Part shown: in pieces, positions 47,267 through 55,752 of the stretch
Position numbering within the stretch: the stretch's first letter is position 1
Layout of the letters: every line of letters begins with the position of its first letter
Origin: a virus
Lineage: Duplodnaviria > Caudoviricetes
Reading direction: 5' to 3' (one strand)
IMG/VR virus record: IMGVR_UViG_3300046786_000293
Coordinates: 256,001-320,000 of that record
DNA length: 64,000 nt
Position numbers and translations under genes: made by a program
The notes under the pieces: model-generated
The model's database searches: none
What the model was told of the DNA's origin: nothing
The model's input: only the letters and a program-made list of their open reading frames with translations

Positions 47267-49558
47267 TTACTTTCCTTGCCTTGCCAACATTGCTGCATTA
47301 CTTAGTGCTGTTTTTAGAGCAGGTGCAGATTGCGGACTTTCTGCAGCCTTGGCAATTAACGGTGTTAGTGCGCTCATAGACATAGATTCAGGCGAAGTTA
47401 ATGGTTTATTATCGCTTATTTTTGTAACTGCACTGCTTAATGTATTTGTATCTACTTTTGGACCTAGTACACTAGATAAACCGCTCATCGTGCTTTTGGC
47501 AGTAGATACATCTTGCATTTGGTCTAATTGTTGTTGTTTTACAGCAGCAGGATCTTGTTGTACGCTTGTTTGGCTTGTGATTTGTATATCTGGATCCTGT
47601 TTATTAACTGCGGGATCTTCTACTTCATTTGTCTTTTTGCGATCTAACGCACGTAATTTTTGTGCAAGTTTGGCTATATCTACTGGACCATGTTCACGTT
47701 CTTGTTTTTGTACAAGTTTTTTAACACGAGCAATCATGTTATCAAAATCATCTGGATCATAGCGGCTTGCTATTAAATTGTCATCTTTGTTTTCTTTCAT
47801 TCCTGAACGATACCCTGTGTGTTGTACGTGTACTGGATCATTGGGGAGAAATCCTAAATTATACTTATCACCCTTTGGATCATTTTTTGCCAACCAATTG
47901 CGTAATGCCGCAATTTGGTCTGCTCTTGCGTCAATTGCATGGGCTTTGTGGCTTTCGGGATCTTTAGGAGGAGCCCCGTAAACACCAGGTCTTCCTGCTT
48001 TATAATCTCGATGAAGTTTTTCCTGTTCTGCGGCTGTTCTTGCTGAGCTAGTAACGGTTATTGGTATACCCGAATCTTTGCTGGCACGTTCTAAATTAGA
48101 TCTGAATGTTGAATCTAATTTTGTATAACGATCAGCTTGTTTAGCATCGGCGAATCCGAAGTGACTAGGAGAAGTATCTAATGCTTCGATGTTTTTTGGA
48201 TTTTTTACGTGCCAACGACCGTCGTCTGACTTGTAAGTACCGTCAGATTGTTTAGTGAAACTTACGTTAATATTTTTTGTTGGATCTGAAGGATCCTTTA
48301 CATCTCTGAATAACTTGGTTCCTGGAAGATGTCCAGTAATCTTAGTAGGAGTTTGTTGATCTGCAGGAGTAGATGCAGCAGCCGAGGCCTGGCTTGGGAC
48401 TGTTTGAGTAGAAGCGGGTGCAGGTGCGGCTGTTTTAGTTGCCGGTTGAGTAGCAGTAGGCGTAGGTGCAGAACTTGCGGCGGTTTTGTTAACAACTCGT
48501 TCACCGGGTGACAAAGAATCTGCCGTGCTCACCGAAGGAGTTGGTGTTGTACTTCTTGTAGTCGGTGCCGCCGAAGTGTTTGTTCGTGTAGATGTTGCAG
48601 GAGTTTGAGCATTGGGGTCAACGCTACTACCACCAATTTCACCTCTTCGTACTTTTGCAGCAATTTTTTCTAATGTGTCCCCGGGACTAACTATATGCTT
48701 TTCGGTGCTTCCAGGTAATTTAATTTCTTGCCCGGGATAAATTTTATTAGGATTCTTGATAGCTGGATTACTCTTCCAAACTTCTTGCCAACTTCCTGGA
48801 GCAGGATTTTTTGGCATTTGTGGAATAACTGGAGCAGCAGGTTTGGTTGGTGCTGGCGCGGTTGCAGTTGTGGCTGGGGGCAAAGGTTGTGAAGTAATTT
48901 TAACGGGCTCTGCGACAGGTTTAACTTCTGGACCAGGTACAACGGTGCTAGGTGCAGGTTGTGCTACAGGTTGTTGTGCTACGGTAGTTCCTGGTTCGCG
49001 TGCTATACTTTGATCTCTGTCCGGACTTACTAGATCTGCTGCCTTTGCTACATTAATTTGACCACCAGAGCCAACTGGTGCGCCTGAGCCACTTCTAACT
49101 GGCTCACCGGTACTTGTTTGTACTACAGGGGGATTTTTATCTAAGTATGTTCTTATTTCATCTTGTGTAGCAGGTTGCATACCCATACGTTGACGAACGA
49201 TAGGATCTATTCCTGTATATGTAGGAGTCTTACTGGCATTCCATTGTTTATCTAATTCTGCTTTAGGTAAATCAGGACCACTGGAGGCTCTTAACGCTGC
49301 CCAATCATTTGCTGTATTATTGGTTTCTTCTTTAAACTTATTAAATTTTTCTAATAAGGACCACTCGGTGACTTTTTCTTTAGCAGTATTGTGTAGATCT
49401 TTTATTATACTTTCTTCGCAGCCACCGACCATTTTAGATTTGGCTTTGCTAGCAGGATCAGTACCTTTCCAGTAGCCGGGAAATTTAGGACCTGTAGATT
49501 TTTTAGCAGCCTTTTCCATGCTATCTACTGCTTCTAAAAGTTTACGCATATTGGTCAT
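47267..49558 (-). CDS. Pro/Thr-rich protein with LysM-like and M15-type peptidase domains
   Basis: NPAIKNPNKIYPGQEIKLP and HIVSPGDTLEKIA (LysM halves); SSARTAAEQ, SHKAHAID, DPVHVQ (M15 Zn peptidase). Confidence 0.8.
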   Translation of the reverse strand: MTNMRKLLEAVDSMEKAAKKSTGPKFPGYWKGTDPASKAKSKMVGGCEESIIKDLHNTAKEKVTEWSLLEKFNKFKEETNNTANDWAALRASSGPDLPKAELDKQWNASKTPTYTGIDPIVRQRMGMQPATQDEIRTYLDKNPPVVQTSTGEPVRSGSGAPVGSGGQINVAKAADLVSPDRDQSIAREPGTTVAQQPVAQPAPSTVVPGPEVKPVAEPVKITSQPLPPATTATAPAPTKPAAPVIPQMPKNPAPGSWQEVWKSNPAIKNPNKIYPGQEIKLPGSTEKHIVSPGDTLEKIAAKVRRGEIGGSSVDPNAQTPATSTRTNTSAAPTTRSTTPTPSVSTADSLSPGERVVNKTAASSAPTPTATQPATKTAAPAPASTQTVPSQASAAASTPADQQTPTKITGHLPGTKLFRDVKDPSDPTKNINVSFTKQSDGTYKSDDGRWHVKNPKNIEALDTSPSHFGFADAKQADRYTKLDSTFRSNLERASKDSGIPITVTSSARTAAEQEKLHRDYKAGRPGVYGAPPKDPESHKAHAIDARADQIAALRNWLAKNDPKGDKYNLGFLPNDPVHVQHTGYRSGMKENKDDNLIASRYDPDDFDNMIARVKKLVQKQEREHGPVDIAKLAQKLRALDRKKTNEVEDPAVNKQDPDIQITSQTSVQQDPAAVKQQQLDQMQDVSTAKSTMSGLSSVLGPKVDTNTLSSAVTKISDNKPLTSPESMSMSALTPLIAKAAESPQSAPALKTALSNAAMLARQGK

Positions 49559-51525
49559 TTTATTTTTCTTTTATCGTACGGTACTTTAAAGTCATTGATA
49601 AATTCTTTAAATTCTTTAACAGCTCCAGGTATACCTCCAGGAGTTATTCTATGTAAACGTTCAATCCAGTCGTCATTTTTTGAACTACCAGATCCTACTC
49701 CTGGCCCAGTACCTGTTCCTACACCGCCACCGGTACCTCCGCCGGACCCACTGCTTTGTTGTGAATCTTTTTCTTTATCTTTACCAGACGCTGCGGGCGC
49801 AAAGGTAGGCTCGCTTGCTGGTTTTTGCTGTGGTGTTGCTTGTGGCTTAACAGGCTCAGGTTGCGGCTTTACTTGAGGTTTAGTAGGCTCAGGTTGCGGT
49901 TTTACTGGTTCAGGCTCAACGGCAATGTCTGCGGGTTTTGTAACTGGAGGCAAATCTTCTGGTCTCCATATTTCGACAGGCATCGGTACAGTTTGTGATG
50001 TTGGTTCTGCGGCAGGTTCTTGATCTACTTTGCCTTGCCCTTGTCCTTCTTTACCGCCGCCGCCTGTAGTCATTGAAGCACCCACAGGCACAGCCGCTGG
50101 GCTCCACATTTTTTTATCGCCTTGCATTTTGGGCGGTAAAGGTTCGTCAGCTCTTGACGTCGATGTTGGAGGTTTAATTGGCTGGTCATCCCCTGGTCTT
50201 GTTTGCATTAATTCTTGATCTCGGCGACGGGCCTGTGCTTGTGTGCGTGCGGGATTAATTCGAATTGGATTGGCTATAATAGGAGCATTGGCTGAGGTTG
50301 TTGCTCCCGGTGCAACTTGAGAAGGCTCATTAACAACTTTTAATCTAGGTTTTGGCCCTGCAGGAACTTCTGCACCTTGTGGCATAGCTGAAGGTTGTCC
50401 CGCTCTTTGATAAGCAGGAACTTCAACATTTGCTGGTGTGCGAGGCACAGGTCCCGGAGTAACTCTTGGTCCACTTACTACAGCCCCGCCAGCTCCGCCT
50501 GGCGGAAACTCTAAAGGTATTGTAGTTGGTTTAAAAGGACCTTTGGTTTGTTCTTTTAACTTTCGGCTGCTAATAGGAAAGTTTGTACTTAAAAATTCTT
50601 CAAATTCTTCAGCAACCTTTTTAGTTGCTTGCTCTTTGATCGCTCCAGGTATACCACCCGGTGTTATTCTATGTAAACGTTCAATCCAATCCCCGTCGGG
50701 AGTTTTATAATATGTTGGTTCTTGTTGTGCAACTGCTACCGGCGCCGCAGCTAATTGCCCAGGTCTACCCGGACCTGATGGTTCGTTAGGTCTTGTTGCT
50801 AGTTGTGTCTGCGGGGCAAGTTCGGGCTCGGTGTCGGGCTGCGATGATGTTGCTATACCACGCTGTTGTAATAAATTTAATTCTGCTTTTAAATTGGGAT
50901 CATCGGGAGTCTTTTCGAGTTCACGTCGGACGTCCTTGGCATACTGTTGATCAGCAAATGATGGTTTGTTCCCACCGCCTGCGGCAGTAGAATACACGTT
51001 TGAGTATTCACTTCCTGCGCCAACTTTTACACGAGGTTGTGGCTTTGTTAAAGTAGATACTGTGGCAGATTGTTTTGGTATGCTAGGTTCATTTGCTGCA
51101 ACCGGTGCAGCCTTTGCAAATTTAGTGTCCGGTCCAGTACCGCCAATTACACCCAACGGTTGCGGCGGAGTTGTACCAGCAGCCTTTCGCATATAGGCCG
51201 GTTCTTTAGCACCTTTTGGATCTAACCATGGTTGCTTAGGTGTATATGCTGGAGTTTCTGGATCTATAGAGGGCGGTAATGTAAGTGGTAATGATTTTTG
51301 CCCAGGTGCAGGTGTTGTTGCCCCGGTAGCAGGCTTCTGTGTTGGCTCGACAGGTTTTGTTAATTGCTGACCCATCATATTGAATGCTTTATTACCGGCT
51401 GGTATGTTAGTTAATGTACCTATGGGTAACTTTTGTTGAGAGGGAAAATCATAGACTTTTTTCGCCGCCTGTCCTTGTTCGGCAAGTTTATCTAATGACT
51501 CTAACAAACGACGGATGTCTGACAT
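49555..51525 (-). CDS. Pro/Gly-rich low-complexity modular protein; likely internal head protein
   Basis: Starts MSDIRRLLE; duplicated DWIERLHRITPGGIPGAxKE; KPQPEP repeats. Confidence 0.75.
   Translation of the reverse strand: MSDIRRLLESLDKLAEQGQAAKKVYDFPSQQKLPIGTLTNIPAGNKAFNMMGQQLTKPVEPTQKPATGATTPAPGQKSLPLTLPPSIDPETPAYTPKQPWLDPKGAKEPAYMRKAAGTTPPQPLGVIGGTGPDTKFAKAAPVAANEPSIPKQSATVSTLTKPQPRVKVGAGSEYSNVYSTAAGGGNKPSFADQQYAKDVRRELEKTPDDPNLKAELNLLQQRGIATSSQPDTEPELAPQTQLATRPNEPSGPGRPGQLAAAPVAVAQQEPTYYKTPDGDWIERLHRITPGGIPGAIKEQATKKVAEEFEEFLSTNFPISSRKLKEQTKGPFKPTTIPLEFPPGGAGGAVVSGPRVTPGPVPRTPANVEVPAYQRAGQPSAMPQGAEVPAGPKPRLKVVNEPSQVAPGATTSANAPIIANPIRINPARTQAQARRRDQELMQTRPGDDQPIKPPTSTSRADEPLPPKMQGDKKMWSPAAVPVGASMTTGGGGKEGQGQGKVDQEPAAEPTSQTVPMPVEIWRPEDLPPVTKPADIAVEPEPVKPQPEPTKPQVKPQPEPVKPQATPQQKPASEPTFAPAASGKDKEKDSQQSSGSGGGTGGGVGTGTGPGVGSGSSKNDDWIERLHRITPGGIPGAVKEFKEFINDFKVPYDKRKIK
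49622..50691 (-). repeat. About 50-nt direct repeat encoding DWIERLHRITPGGIPGA
   Basis: Copies at 49622-49671 and 50642-50691, differing at a few synonymous positions. Confidence 0.9.
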
Positions 51526-52295
51526 TACTTTGCCTTTGTTTGCTTTTGCTTGTATGTACCGCCAAACAACGAACCTACTTTGGCTTTGTTCTTTGCTGGG
51601 GGATTCACTACAGTGGCCACGCTGCCTGCTGACATTTCATTCACTGTTGCTTCCGCCACACCTTTCCAGTCAGTTTCGCCGCCCAAATCATCAATATACA
51701 TTGCTTGTTTGATAATGTTCAGTAGATACTTCTTTGCTTCTGGTGTAGGTGCCATCTTAGCATATTGCTTTGCTGTGTAGTCGTCACCATTCTCTAACGC
51801 ATCTCTAACATCTTGCTCAAGGCGTGTTGTGTCAGGATCCCATCCTTCTGCCACACCTTGTTCACGCTCTGCCTGACGCTTTGCCCAACGCTCTTTGTTG
51901 CGCTGAACTTGTTGAGGACTTGCTTTCTTTTCTTTGCTTAGGTCACGATGCAGTGCTTTACCTAGTGCGCTAGTATGCGGATTCTTTTCAGACTCCGCCA
52001 CAGGCATAGCATCGCCAACTACGGCAACTACTTCTTCAGCAGGACCACCGCTCATTAATTGATATTCTAAGTGTTCACGGACGGTGTTTAGATAGTCTGC
52101 AGCCAGGGTAATTTTACTGCTTACCCAACCTTCTAAGCCTTGTTGTTCACTAACATGGCGTAGTAGTTTGTGTAATGCAATTGCGTCTTCTGCAGCATGA
52201 TACAGTTCTTTTCGAGCCATTTGCACTTCATGATCTAAGTGCATTTCGTGTGCATCTTCGGCAATGCCTTCATTTAAAAAATCTAAACTTTTCAT
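51525..52295 (-). CDS. Modular protein with GVAE linkers; likely internal head protein
   Basis: Starts MKSLDFLNEGIAE; LEGWVSSKITLAADYL module; two GVAE linkers; TAAATA at 52319-52324. Confidence 0.75.
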   Translation of the reverse strand: MKSLDFLNEGIAEDAHEMHLDHEVQMARKELYHAAEDAIALHKLLRHVSEQQGLEGWVSSKITLAADYLNTVREHLEYQLMSGGPAEEVVAVVGDAMPVAESEKNPHTSALGKALHRDLSKEKKASPQQVQRNKERWAKRQAEREQGVAEGWDPDTTRLEQDVRDALENGDDYTAKQYAKMAPTPEAKKYLLNIIKQAMYIDDLGGETDWKGVAEATVNEMSAGSVATVVNPPAKNKAKVGSLFGGTYKQKQTKAK

Positions 52296-52321
52296 AGTAT
52301 GTTTCCGTGATTATAGTATAT

Positions 52322-52630
52322 TTATTCGCTGATAACGAATCGACCTTTTGATGGGGATTCCACAATAATATCGTCTACCATTAAGTTGGTGAAGTAAAAC
52401 CCTCTAAAACTTGGATCTAGTGATTCTAATTTGACTTCATGATTCCCTGCAGTTAAATTAACCCATATGTTTTCTTTTACAAATTGTCCATTAGTTGTAG
52501 TAGGAGGTTTTGCATTAGACCAAATATATGTACGTTCAGTAATTAAATCACCGTCTAAATAAATTCTATAAACTGGATTTTCGTTGCCGTGTTTATGACA
52601 AAAAACATCTATATTGATTTTATATTCTTT
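52322..52630 (-). CDS. Hypothetical beta-rich protein
   Basis: MKEYKINIDV...YRIYLDGDLITERTY (probable start inside the tracked ORF). Confidence 0.65.
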   Translation of the reverse strand, partial: KEYKINIDVFCHKHGNENPVYRIYLDGDLITERTYIWSNAKPPTTTNGQFVKENIWVNLTAGNHEVKLESLDPSFRGFYFTNLMVDDIIVESPSKGRFVISE

Positions 52631-55236
52631 CATTTTTCTCTGCCTCGACGCATATTTGCTTGCCAATGTGCTAATTGTTTTTTACGGGGACTAGCAGTTT
52701 TTGAACGTGTAATTTTATCTAGAGTAGACAAACTTGCTTTTTTGGGAATACCATGTCTTGCTGAATCGCCTTTGTCTTGGGGATTACGACCGTCAGCAAA
52801 GTTTTCTGCCACGTTGAATGTTGGATCTACTTTTTGACGCGGCATATTTTTAGGCTGATTAGGATCAACGGGATCTATATCTGTAGTAGTTAGTCCAGTT
52901 TTTTCTAAATCTTTAATATACTTGTGTTCTTCTTCTTCGCTACCAAAAGAAAACATGGTGCTAGGAGGTCCCTTTCCAAAGTCATGTTTGCCTAACCCTT
53001 TTAAGTTACTAATATGCTGTCCTAGCTTATACCAATCATAAACGTCCGATACATCTACTCTGACAGATCCTTGAGGCATAGTGGGTTTAAATTCTGGGCC
53101 GTAGGGAGTGTCGTTTGGGTGTCTATCTTCGTTCTTCTTTCTGCCAGCACAGTGAGCTTTTTGACTAAAGCCTTTGGGATCGGAGCAATTAATAGAACTC
53201 TTATATTCTTTGCTCCACGATTCGTCTAACTCTAACGGCTTAGATTTAATAGCGTTGGGATACTTCTTGTTGAAGTGCCGCATAATAATACCAGCGACCC
53301 AATGTGCTTCGTTTTCAATTGGACTTCCAGTATCACCTGCACCGTCATACATTTTACCTTGTTCGTATTGTTTGAAGTGTACCATTTCATGTGCTAGTGT
53401 TCTTAGAATATCTACAGGGTGCCTATCGGCAATGCCAAGATATATTTTTTCTTCTTCATTAACAAAACGACCGAATGTTGCTTGCCCGTCGTTGGATTTG
53501 ATGTGCGGTTGTAAAACAATATGTGGGATTTCTTTAAGTTTAAGTTCTTTCATTGCCAAGGGCATAAACTCTTTAATCATCGCCATCATATCTTCTTCAG
53601 TAACACTACGATTATTTTTTGCTTCTTCTTTAACAACATTGCCTAAAAATGTACGGGCAAATGTTTTACACATTTTTACAATAGCAGGATTACGTGTTTG
53701 CATAACATGAAATGTTTTATTCATGTCTTCTTCTTGTGTAGGGTCTTTATATCCGCAATATACTTTGTGGCAGTCTGTATCGTTAATGATCTCTGTGCAA
53801 CTGTCTCCGTAACGATCGTCCATCGGGTGACAGCATGGACTTAGAGTTGTAAGAATAATACTGCCTGCAGGTACACGACCGTGCTCTGCTTCGTAGTTCA
53901 TTATTGCGGCACGTTCGGCATGTATACGTTTGTCCTTACCGTCGTCGAAGTAGTTAATACCAAAGGCGAAATTATTATCAGGATCAAGTACACAGGCTGC
54001 AACCATGCCAAATGCATCGGCGTTTAGTTTTTGTCCCTCTACTACCATTTCGCATAAGTTAACTAGGATATGATCCAATTTGTCAAAGTTTTTAATTTCA
54101 AAATCTTCGGGGTTTATTCGCGCTGAGAAATCTTCTGCCAGTCTAAAATCACGTAGCATATTTTTTGGTGTGCGAGGCTTAACATCTTTAGTAATGCTCA
54201 TCGAATATCTTGGGTCTTTGGCCATCTTCTTATTCTTAGCCACAACACCGACTCCGGCAGCATCCTCTGACATTTCTTGCTTTAATGCACGAATAACATC
54301 TCCTGCGAGCTGAGTTAAACTACGTTGGGGTCCTGCTTGAAAAACTTTTTGGGCTAAGTTTTCAACATACTCGTTGCCAAATTTTTCAAATATACCAGGT
54401 TGCATTTCACGCAAAAATTCTAATATCTGTGCAGTTCTATCTTGGTCGAATTCTTTCCAATCGTGATAATGTTTTTCGTCTGTTTCTTCTATGTCAGCAA
54501 TTTCATGAAATACCCTTGCACCGCTAATAGGACTAGAACTATAGTTACTGTCAACTTGTCCTATGTCTTCACTGACTGCGGCAGGAATCTTATTAAAAAT
54601 ATGTACTAGTTCAGACGTAGCACGGCCATATAATCCTGCCAAAAATTCTTTTGAGGATTCCGGATCATTCCGTACCATATTCCACAAATTACGACATTCT
54701 GTGCCGTGACTCACATCATATGTTTTGCCTTTGATGTTTACCGCTTTTTTAATTTCGGGGATAACAATCACATAACCGTGTTGGTCGGCAGTCATCGGGG
54801 CGTGACTTTCATCCCATGTTTTGTAATAGCTTGCGCTGCCTGCAGGCTTGATTACGTTTCCGTCTTTGTCTTTTTGATCACGCTTTGTAAATGTATCGGG
54901 ATTTAAGCGATCTTTATCGGGGGCACCTACAGCAGTAACAAATATAGTACTGGAAGGATCAAATCCTGCAGGTAGCTTGTACATTTGATTTGTTTCAATG
55001 ATGCGATCACCGGGCACGCCGGCTGCTGTCATTAATTGGTATTTGTCGGAAAAGTTAAATGGACTTTTAGCGCTAGACTGGTCATTACTAGTTAAAATGT
55101 AGACGCTGTCGCGACCAAATTGCTTTTGTAATTTTGCAAAAACTCCGGCGTGCCCTTGGTGAAAAGGCTGAAAACGTCCAGGATAAGTTACAACAACTTG
55201 TGGCTTACCAGCCTCATATAATTCGTGTGCGTACAT
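52630..55236 (-). CDS. Multi-enzyme protein: HxGH nucleotidyltransferase + cytidine-deaminase-like + zincin metallopeptidase + small C-terminal modules
   Basis: YPGRFQPFHQGH; IHAERAAI...TLSPC...C; RTLAHEMVH; modules separated by (V/L/M)-x-E sites. Confidence 0.85.
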   Translation of the reverse strand: MYAHELYEAGKPQVVVTYPGRFQPFHQGHAGVFAKLQKQFGRDSVYILTSNDQSSAKSPFNFSDKYQLMTAAGVPGDRIIETNQMYKLPAGFDPSSTIFVTAVGAPDKDRLNPDTFTKRDQKDKDGNVIKPAGSASYYKTWDESHAPMTADQHGYVIVIPEIKKAVNIKGKTYDVSHGTECRNLWNMVRNDPESSKEFLAGLYGRATSELVHIFNKIPAAVSEDIGQVDSNYSSSPISGARVFHEIADIEETDEKHYHDWKEFDQDRTAQILEFLREMQPGIFEKFGNEYVENLAQKVFQAGPQRSLTQLAGDVIRALKQEMSEDAAGVGVVAKNKKMAKDPRYSMSITKDVKPRTPKNMLRDFRLAEDFSARINPEDFEIKNFDKLDHILVNLCEMVVEGQKLNADAFGMVAACVLDPDNNFAFGINYFDDGKDKRIHAERAAIMNYEAEHGRVPAGSIILTTLSPCCHPMDDRYGDSCTEIINDTDCHKVYCGYKDPTQEEDMNKTFHVMQTRNPAIVKMCKTFARTFLGNVVKEEAKNNRSVTEEDMMAMIKEFMPLAMKELKLKEIPHIVLQPHIKSNDGQATFGRFVNEEEKIYLGIADRHPVDILRTLAHEMVHFKQYEQGKMYDGAGDTGSPIENEAHWVAGIIMRHFNKKYPNAIKSKPLELDESWSKEYKSSINCSDPKGFSQKAHCAGRKKNEDRHPNDTPYGPEFKPTMPQGSVRVDVSDVYDWYKLGQHISNLKGLGKHDFGKGPPSTMFSFGSEEEEHKYIKDLEKTGLTTTDIDPVDPNQPKNMPRQKVDPTFNVAENFADGRNPQDKGDSARHGIPKKASLSTLDKITRSKTASPRKKQLAHWQANMRRGREK

Positions 55237-55265
55237 ACTACAATTTTAGGTTATTGTAGTATTTA
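55235..55265 (-). promoter_or_regulatory. Late promoter TAAATA overlapping a 10-bp hairpin that covers the start codon
   Basis: Minus strand reads TAAATACTACAAT-AACCTAAA-ATTGTAGTAT-G; perfect arms at 55235-55244 and 55253-55262. Confidence 0.7.
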
Positions 55266-55269
55266 GCGA

Positions 55270-55752
55270 TTAAATATTTTCCAACAACCACAAATAAAAT
55301 GGACTTGTAAATTCGAGAATGTAAGTGCCGTTCCACCCCAAATTTACACACTGTTTTAACACAGGACGAGCGGGATCGTCGGCGACAAATTCACTAGAGT
55401 CCCACATTAGTTGTTCTAAAGAAATATCGTCTATTTCTATACTATTGATATTAAGCAACAAGTCCTTAATGATGGCTGTTTTGTCATCATTTTCAATAGT
55501 ATCATTATCTTCCTTATTCTCTAGTCTTATTTGTAGTCTATTCTTAGAATCTTCTTCTAACTCGGCTGCAAATTCTATATATTTTATAGGACTTACTTTT
55601 TGTTCGCCGCCCGGATCTATGTCAAATTTTATAAAATTTCTTTCTATTAGAACATCATTTAATAAAATAGAGTATTCTGGGAACTTGTCCCAGAATACTG
55701 CACTTAATCCGATTTTAAAAGTTAGTTTTTCTTTAGGCTGACTGTTCGGCAT
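55270..55752 (-). CDS. Hypothetical protein
   Basis: 160 aa; ends NLGWNGTYILEFTSPFYLWLLENI. Confidence 0.75.
   Translation of the reverse strand: MPNSQPKEKLTFKIGLSAVFWDKFPEYSILLNDVLIERNFIKFDIDPGGEQKVSPIKYIEFAAELEEDSKNRLQIRLENKEDNDTIENDDKTAIIKDLLLNINSIEIDDISLEQLMWDSSEFVADDPARPVLKQCVNLGWNGTYILEFTSPFYLWLLENI

Noticed and set aside
49840-49925. KPQPEP tandem repeats, poly-GT/GG linkers and the GD run in the vWA protein (about 11655-11690)
   Set aside because: Ordinary low-complexity protein linkers with no evidence of contingency-locus behaviour.
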